Below are positions 57,878 to 64,000 of a DNA stretch of 64,000 nucleotides, piece after piece. The stretch comes from Thermoplasmata archaeon (lineage in GTDB: Archaea > Thermoplasmatota > Thermoplasmata > Lutacidiplasmatales > UBA184), in NCBI GenBank assembly GCA_022750335.1, contig JAKIVX010000005.1, positions 16,119-80,118 of the forward strand, in the 5' to 3' direction. How positions within the stretch are numbered: the first letter of the stretch is position 1; each line of letters opens with the position of its first letter. The translations under genes and the position numbers were made by a program. The notes below the pieces were generated by a model. The model was not told the origin of the DNA. It searched no databases and worked only from the letters and a program-made list of their open reading frames with translations.

Positions 57878-58795
57878 ATGTTGCCGGTTGTCGTGGTCGG
57901 AATACTCGTGGTGTCGATCTTTGGGTTCTTGGTGGCGATGACACCGAGCCCGCCTCATGGGACCGCTGCGGCTGCGCCGTCCGCGCCTCCGGCGCTCTCC
58001 AGCCCTACGCACTTCGGACACACCATGATCCCAGTCACCCAGGTGTCGGGGGGTCCGGCCGCGGGGGCGCTCGGCTGCCCGTATTCGGGATCTCAGTGTA
58101 CTGGTGCGTACAATTGGGGAGGCTACGTCGTCTACAATTCGGCCTACACGGTGTCCAAGGTGGCCGGATCCTGGAAAGTGCCCACGATTACCGGGGTTTC
58201 CGGAACGACCTGCCCCGACGCGCAGACGACCTGGGACAGCAACTCGGTCTGGATTGGGATTGACGGCTATTCGGATGGGACCGTCGAGCAGACAGGAACC
58301 AGTTCCGACTGCTATTACGGGACCGTGAGTTACTATGCTTGGTACGAGTTTTACCCATCCGGCTCCGTTGTCGTCTTCAGCGTGAACCCCGGCGACGCGA
58401 TCAAGGCGACTGTCTCGTACACGGGCCTGAGTGGGGGGGTTCCTCAGTTCAAGACGACCATCACTGACACGACCACCACTTCGACCGCCACGAGTCCGAC
58501 GACGGGTGTCTCCGGTGCGCTGCGGAACTCCGCCGAATGGATTGACGAGTCACCGTACTTCGACGGGTACCTCGGCCTCACTCAGGTGGGGACTCTCAAG
58601 TTCACCGGCGCGACCGCGACGATCGGCGGAACCACGGGGTCGATTTCCCACTGGGGTAGCAACGTGTACTGGGTGCTCATGGTGGACTACAATTTCCCGT
58701 ACAGCTCGACTCTGTCGTACGCCAAGGCCCAACCAACGACGCTCACGTCCGGCGGTAAAACATTCAGCATGAAGTGGCTCTCAAACGGACCCTAG
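57878..58795 (+). CDS. Secreted family G1 glutamic endopeptidase
   Basis: Signal/TM; NWGGY, VAGSWKVP, WIGIDG, EQTGT (catalytic Q), YYAWYEFYP, SAEWIDESP (catalytic E). Confidence 0.9.
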   Translation: MLPVVVVGILVVSIFGFLVAMTPSPPHGTAAAAPSAPPALSSPTHFGHTMIPVTQVSGGPAAGALGCPYSGSQCTGAYNWGGYVVYNSAYTVSKVAGSWKVPTITGVSGTTCPDAQTTWDSNSVWIGIDGYSDGTVEQTGTSSDCYYGTVSYYAWYEFYPSGSVVVFSVNPGDAIKATVSYTGLSGGVPQFKTTITDTTTTSTATSPTTGVSGALRNSAEWIDESPYFDGYLGLTQVGTLKFTGATATIGGTTGSISHWGSNVYWVLMVDYNFPYSSTLSYAKAQPTTLTSGGKTFSMKWLSNGP

Positions 58796-58948
58796 GGAAG
58801 TAGCCGGGGCCAGATTGGAATCGGTGGGTCGGTCTCCAGCCGGCTGGCCCGCCTTGTCGAGCGTGGGTGCAAAGTCCGTTACACCGAGGCGTGTCTGACG
58901 GGCGGCAGGACGGGCGCAATCGGCCCTGCCACCACCCGGGTCCGCACG

Positions 58949-61924
58949 TCAGCGGGTGTTTTCGGGCGGCGCCGGAGGTATCGCTGCCCCAGAACCAGCG
59001 CTCGGCGCATTGGGATGCGCCTTCCTGCGTCGCCGCAGAAGGGCCATACCGACCAGTCCCAAGAGTACCGCCAGTACCACGACCACGATCAGCTCGTAGT
59101 CTTCGGTCGGCGGTAGTCCTGCGATCGACCGGGGGTCAGTGCCGTTAGTCGGCGGCGTCGAGGCGGCCTTGAAGGTGATCGTGAGGGAAAACGCCGCCCC
59201 GCTCACCCCAACGGTTCCGCTGGCCGGGTTGGCGGAGAATCCCGTCACCGTGCTCACCTGGAAGGGGAAAGTACCGTTGAGTTCGGTGAAGGTGATGGTC
59301 GGCCTCGCGGAGGTGAGCAGAGACCCGTTCAACGTGGCTCCCCATGGGGTGCCAATGGGCAGGCCCGACTCTGCGAAAGTCACAGGATATTGGCCCAAAA
59401 CCACTGCACGCGAGAAGGAAACGGCCACGTTCTCGGGCTCCCCAGAAACATTCACGGTACCCGTGCTGGGGCTCGCCATGTACCCCTCCACCGGCTCGAT
59501 CGTGTAGGGGTAGCTGCCGTTTGGTTCGGGGCCGGAAGTGGTGTTGGTGCTGGAGGAGAGGAGGGTCTCCCCAAGAGTGACCGACCAGCCGGTACCAGTC
59601 GGTAGCCCAGATTCGGTGAAGTTGACGAGGGACGTGGGGGGAGGGATTGCCTGGTACAGGATCGAGACCGTGCCCTGACCCTGGTTGGTCACGTAGGTGG
59701 TTCCCAGCTGGGGGTCGAACGCCAGCCCATCGAGGTTCTGTCCGACATTGACCTGCGCCACGAGCGAATTCGTTAGGTCCGAAACGAAGCTCACGAAATC
59801 CGAGGGTGTGGCGGTGACGACCACCTCACCTGTCCCGGGTTCGTAGTAGATTGCGGGGAACGCGCCGTTATTGTACTCGGCATCGAGGCCGGTGATCGTA
59901 TCGACCACCGTGTCGTTTGTATCGGAAATGACGCTCACGTTTCCGGTATCGCTCTCCACGACGAATACCTCGTCCACGGCGGGGTCATAGGTGACGTCGG
60001 CCGGATACCCGGAAACCGGAATGGTACCGGAGACCGTCTCCGTGATCGTCGAAACGATGCTTACGTTCTTGGAGTCTAGGTTGGCCACGAAGACCTGGTC
60101 CGTCCGGGGGTCGTAGGCGGCCGACGTCGGGAAGCTGCCCACGCGGATAGATCCCACGACGGCCAGCGTCGCGTCGGAAACCACTTTGACCTCATTGAGC
60201 GGGCCGACCGGGACGTACAATTCTCCCGCCGCCGGGTCGTAGGTGGACGCACCGGGAGAGTCCCCGACCGAGATGTTCTTCACAGCGTGGTTCGTCGCGT
60301 CTGAGAGGACGGTCACGTTCCCGCCGTCAGTATCCGAGACAAACATCTCGCCCTTCCCCGCGTCATATACGATCGACGACGGGTATCCCAGCACGGGGAT
60401 CGTCGCTTCGACTGAGCTCGTCAGGTCCGAGAAGACGGTCACATTTTCCTCAGGGGGGTCGGTCACGAACGTCTCCCCGCGCCCCGGGTCGACGGCCGCG
60501 CTGTCCGGGGAACTGCCCGTGGGTAGGGTCCGGAGGATGCTGAAATTATAGTCAGAAATCTCCGTGACCGCCGAGAGGTCTTCCACGACGAACAGCTCCC
60601 CGTCCCCGGTATCCTCCACGACGTCGAGAGGCCCGCCATCTACCCGGACCGAGCTTCCGACCTCGTCGGAGATGGCCGAGATGATACTGAGGTTCCTCGA
60701 ATCACTGTTGGCGACGATGATCGCATCCGCGCTCGGGTCGTAGGCGGCCGCCGTCGGGGCCATCCCTACATCGATCGAAGTCGATTGGGACGTGTTGGTA
60801 TCCGAAAAGACCTGGACGGCGCTTTCGTCGTAGTAGGCGACGCAAACCTCGTTGACCCCATCGAGATACGTGATGCTCGCCGGCTGATCGGATACGAAGA
60901 TGTGGGACAGGTAGGCATTCGTTCGGGCGGCGAATAGGACGATCGAATCGTCTTCGGGCACCGACACCCACACCTCGAACTCCGCGGCCACATAGGCGAT
61001 GACGGAAGAGGCCCCGCCCAATGGAATGGTGGCCGCGACGAAGTCGTTGGTGTCGTTGATCACGCTGAGATTGTCGGAGACGAGGTTCGAGGCGATTACC
61101 TCACCCATCAGGCCAACGTAGGCCAGTTCGTACGGTACACCTCCAACGTGGATCGAGGCGACAACGGAGTCGTTCGTGTCGTTGATGACAGTCACATTGC
61201 CGCTGTCGCTCGCTGCCACGAAGATTTCGCCCCTCTCGCTGTCATAGGCCAGGCCGTTGGGGGAGCCCGGAACGGAAACCCACCGGACGATGAGGCCCGT
61301 CGTGTCGTTGATCACGAACACGAAATTTGATGTAACATCCGAGACGAACACTTCCCCCTTCGCGGGGTCGTAGACCTCGAAGGTCGGATCGGGAGCGTTG
61401 CCGGCAAGAAAGTTTCCAGGGACGACCGTGTCGTTGGTCAGGACCAAGGTGTCATTCACGACCGGATTGGCGGGCGCCGAGGAGGCGATAGGATGCCCCT
61501 CCGGCAAGAAATCGGATGACTTCGACGGAAGCATGTGGTCGACTTGCCCGCTCGAAAGACTATACGTGGCGCGTGAGCTGGGCGCGCCTCCACTGCCCCC
61601 ACCGGGCGTGTCGACGGGAGCGGTCAGTCGAGCGACGGAAGAGGTAGCCGAGATGCCCAGCCCGGAAATGACCACGATGAGGCAGGCCGCCAGAGCAAAA
61701 CTGGCACGATTGGGCGCCGTGTAACGAAGTCCCTCGATCGACCCGATGCGTCCTTCCTTGGAGAGGGCGGTACCGAGAGTAGTATGATCAGGGGTTGGAA
61801 ACGGCTCGCCTTTCGACCCTTGCCTCCACGCTGCCTGTTTCTCTAGGGTCAGTGCGCAGTACCCAAGGGCCCGGGGGCAATTCCCGGGCAGACCTGACCG
61901 CGGCTGCAAGGTCCAAGCAATCAT
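58949..61924 (-). CDS. YVTN/YncE beta-propeller surface protein with two thermopsin-type Ig-like repeats and TM anchor
   Basis: About 14 repeats of P...AYDP...EVFV....NVSVISD; VNFTESGLPTGTGWSVTL and VTFAESGLPIGTPWGATL repeats; C-terminal TM + RRRRK; true start uncertain. Confidence 0.85.
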   Translation of the reverse strand: MIAWTLQPRSGLPGNCPRALGYCALTLEKQAAWRQGSKGEPFPTPDHTTLGTALSKEGRIGSIEGLRYTAPNRASFALAACLIVVISGLGISATSSVARLTAPVDTPGGGSGGAPSSRATYSLSSGQVDHMLPSKSSDFLPEGHPIASSAPANPVVNDTLVLTNDTVVPGNFLAGNAPDPTFEVYDPAKGEVFVSDVTSNFVFVINDTTGLIVRWVSVPGSPNGLAYDSERGEIFVAASDSGNVTVINDTNDSVVASIHVGGVPYELAYVGLMGEVIASNLVSDNLSVINDTNDFVAATIPLGGASSVIAYVAAEFEVWVSVPEDDSIVLFAARTNAYLSHIFVSDQPASITYLDGVNEVCVAYYDESAVQVFSDTNTSQSTSIDVGMAPTAAAYDPSADAIIVANSDSRNLSIISAISDEVGSSVRVDGGPLDVVEDTGDGELFVVEDLSAVTEISDYNFSILRTLPTGSSPDSAAVDPGRGETFVTDPPEENVTVFSDLTSSVEATIPVLGYPSSIVYDAGKGEMFVSDTDGGNVTVLSDATNHAVKNISVGDSPGASTYDPAAGELYVPVGPLNEVKVVSDATLAVVGSIRVGSFPTSAAYDPRTDQVFVANLDSKNVSIVSTITETVSGTIPVSGYPADVTYDPAVDEVFVVESDTGNVSVISDTNDTVVDTITGLDAEYNNGAFPAIYYEPGTGEVVVTATPSDFVSFVSDLTNSLVAQVNVGQNLDGLAFDPQLGTTYVTNQGQGTVSILYQAIPPPTSLVNFTESGLPTGTGWSVTLGETLLSSSTNTTSGPEPNGSYPYTIEPVEGYMASPSTGTVNVSGEPENVAVSFSRAVVLGQYPVTFAESGLPIGTPWGATLNGSLLTSARPTITFTELNGTFPFQVSTVTGFSANPASGTVGVSGAAFSLTITFKAASTPPTNGTDPRSIAGLPPTEDYELIVVVVLAVLLGLVGMALLRRRRKAHPNAPSAGSGAAIPPAPPENTR

Positions 61925-62170
61925 AATGTCTGCGTCGGGTCGCTACAGCAGAGGGCGAGGCACTTTCCACCCCGAGTAGTGTCATCTTTCGCGCCGTTTT
62001 TTCCAACGGGCGACAACCTACCAAAGATTCGATTGCGACCGAGGTTTGACGGTTGCTCTGGCCAGCTCAGCTTCTCCTTTACTACGGTGTCAACCTCTAC
62101 TGAGACGCGGAGTCCGGTCAGGATTGCTTGACTGGGGGCCTAAGCGTTCGGAGCGGGTTCCCCGACTCGC

Positions 62171-62347
62171 ATGTCAGCTGCGTCAGAGGCACGAGCGAAA
62201 GCGAGAAAGGACTTCGAGAAGGCGCGATTGGAAGCGCACAAGGTCTACCGAGAAGCCTTGCAGGATGCCCGCAAGCTTCGCTCGGACGTGATCAGCGCGG
62301 CCCGTAAGACTCACCAGAAGGCGCTTTCCGCTGCGAGGAAACTGTAA
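62171..62347 (+). CDS. Small basic helical protein with 11-residue repeats, 58 aa
   Basis: Manual: MSAASEARAK ARKDFEKARLE AHKVYREALQD ARKLRSDVISA ARKTHQKALSA ARKL*. Confidence 0.65.
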   Translation: MSAASEARAKARKDFEKARLEAHKVYREALQDARKLRSDVISAARKTHQKALSAARKL

Positions 62348-62549
62348 CCAAGCTTGGGCCTGGTTTCGCCCTTCGCGGGCGGTCCAGCCGAGGGCGAAGG
62401 AGATCGTCCTTCTCTACATCGGGACAGCTCACCTCCCCGGCGAGGCTTCGTCATAGTGAGTGTGAGGAGTGTTGCACACCGACTCGGCGGAGGTCCCACC
62501 GGAAGGCTAATACCGATTTGCCAACCCTATCGCTCGCCCAGATGGTTTC

Positions 62550-62993
62550 ATGACCGCCCGATTCCAGGTAACCATCGACGCCCACGACTCGGTGCGGCTG
62601 GCCGACTTCTGGTCGAACGCGCTTGGCTACATTCCGGAGCCCCCACCGGAGGGGTTCGCTACATGGAACGACTACTGGCGGGACTTCGGCCTCACGGAGG
62701 AAGACCTGTTCGAGGGGACGGATTCCATCGTGGATCCGACAGGCGCGGGCCCACGGATCTGGTTCCACGCCGTTCCTGAGCAGAAGACCTGCAAGAACCG
62801 GCTCCACTTCGACTTGCGTGTGGGAGGCGGCCGCAAGATCTCGCTCCAACTGCGCAAGGAGCGGGTGGAGGCGGAGGCGGCACGCCTGGTGGCCATTGGT
62901 GCGACCAGGCTAGAGACCTGGTTCGAGGAGGGAGTCGACCATTACGCGGTCGCTATGATGGATCCTGAGGGAAACGAGTTCGACGTCGTCTGA
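62550..62993 (+). CDS. VOC/glyoxalase-like family protein
   Basis: QVTIDAHD..RLADFW..ALGY, VPEQKTCKNRLHFDL, DPEGNEFDV. Confidence 0.9.
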   Translation: MTARFQVTIDAHDSVRLADFWSNALGYIPEPPPEGFATWNDYWRDFGLTEEDLFEGTDSIVDPTGAGPRIWFHAVPEQKTCKNRLHFDLRVGGGRKISLQLRKERVEAEAARLVAIGATRLETWFEEGVDHYAVAMMDPEGNEFDVV

Positions 62994-63150
62994 GCCAGCC
63001 ACCTAGCTATCGGGTTTCCTGGGCGCGAGGGCCGATCGACTTGCTCGAGCGGTCGCCACCGGACGCCTTTCTGTTACCCCCATACCTGGCTGAGGATCGT
63101 TTGAACCGCCCAGAGGAAGGTGGGTACAAGGTCCAGCACATCCATCATCT

Positions 63151-63171
63151 TTCTTTACCGTGGGTAAAGAA
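63151..63171. promoter_or_regulatory. Perfect palindrome, likely vapBC autoregulatory operator
   Basis: TTCTTTACC-GTG-GGTAAAGAA abutting an ATATAT TATA-like box about 26 nt before the antitoxin ATG. Confidence 0.6.
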
Positions 63172-63201
63172 TATATGCGGGCTGAATCATACTATCCACC
63201 G

Positions 63202-63429
63202 ATGGCACATTCCTCCACCGTGAGTTCAAAGGGTCAAATCACTCTGCCAAAGCCCCTTCGAGAAAGGCACCACCTTAGAACGGGGGAGGTGGTCATCATT
63301 CTGGACTCTGACGACGGAATCGTGATCCGTCGTGGGAGGCCAAGCCTGCGCGGGATGCTCAAGGAGGAGATAGACGGGGACGGGTTCGAGAAGGACCTGA
63401 GGAAGCTCCGCAAGGAATGGACTCTGTGA
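63202..63429 (+). CDS. AbrB/MazE-type antitoxin (VapB)
   Basis: STVSSKGQITLPKPLRERHHLRTG. Confidence 0.88.
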   Translation: MAHSSTVSSKGQITLPKPLRERHHLRTGEVVIILDSDDGIVIRRGRPSLRGMLKEEIDGDGFEKDLRKLRKEWTL

Positions 63430-63824
63430 CGCAATATGTTGTCGATACAGTCGCCTTCGTTCGCCACCTCGAGGACCGGCTGAGCCCGAAGGCTGGTCGG
63501 ATATTCGACGAGGCCGAAAGCGGGAGAAACCACCTTTTTCTACCGGAGATCGCACTCGCCGAGTTCGTTTACATTTGTCTGAAAGGTCGGTTAAAGTCGA
63601 CCCGACCGGAGTTGAAAGTCCGAGATGTCCTTCACAATCTCTCCGCTTCTGGAGCGTTCACAATTTCCGGAATGACGTTGGGTGCCTGGGAAACGTTTGT
63701 CGATCTTCATATTCCAGAGCTACATGACCGGATGATTGCAGCGGAGGCCATCGCACGTGATGTTACCCTCATATCAAACGACTCCGCGTTCGATGGAATC
63801 GCAGGGCTTGCTCGAGTCTGGTAG
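63426..63824 (+). CDS. vapC: VapC PIN-domain toxin
   Basis: YVVDTVA, ALAEF, ELHDRMIAAEA, LISND; the GTG start overlaps the antitoxin stop. Confidence 0.9.
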   Translation: MTQYVVDTVAFVRHLEDRLSPKAGRIFDEAESGRNHLFLPEIALAEFVYICLKGRLKSTRPELKVRDVLHNLSASGAFTISGMTLGAWETFVDLHIPELHDRMIAAEAIARDVTLISNDSAFDGIAGLARVW

Positions 63825-64000
63825 GAGGGTGAGCTTTGGCGGCTTCGCCGACAGGCGCGGTGGATTCTTTGTGAGTGAGAGGTCCCTTCGAACCTCTGTT
63901 CCCTCCGGCTAACACGATAGGTGAGTATAGTTTTGCACTCACTGAGGGGGACCCGGCGCGTTAGGGTTTTCTAGAGACCAGGAACCGTCTCAGGCGCTCA

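Larger units (their letters stand above)
36408..64000. mobile_element. Genomic island / accessory region downstream of tRNA-Cys (right end not seen)
   Basis: Begins at the tRNA 3' end; tyrosine integrase 1.8 kb away; four TA modules; looser gene packing, mixed strands and visibly lower GC than the upstream core; no attR copy found in the window. Confidence 0.6.

Overview
GC-rich archaeal DNA, most likely Thermoplasmatota. The evidence is Nop5, Dph2, NAC, PAC2, class II HMG-CoA reductase, GyrB, Agl3/SqdB, thermopsin-type surface repeats and TATA boxes about 25 nt before start codons; the taxonomy is inference. Positions 1-36407 are mostly core genome: a DtxR-regulated Zn/Mn ABC operon and a ZIP transporter, translation and proteostasis genes (including a 4xCBS+HPF-like ribosome hibernation factor candidate), gyrB, grpE-mvaA-pdxT, a UDP-sulfoquinovose/GT4 cluster, metG and three tRNAs. 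The initiator tRNA-Met carries a 28-nt BHB intron in the D-loop. A vapBC-only mini-element is bounded by a 17-bp duplication of the tRNA-Thr 3' end. From tRNA-Cys to the window end (36408-64000) there is a visibly less GC-rich accessory island with an intact tyrosine integrase, four TA modules (one a decayed Zn-ribbon-MNT/HEPN pair), many bacterial-type small-molecule and stress defence genes (ArsR-SRPBCC, DUF1801 x2, VOC, GNAT, YcaQ, DsbA/peroxiredoxin), a G1 glutamic peptidase and a beta-propeller surface protein. I read three ORFs under 60 aa and a partial GNAT gene at the left edge by hand; none is in the ORF track. All family assignments are motif recognition by eye; no searches were run.
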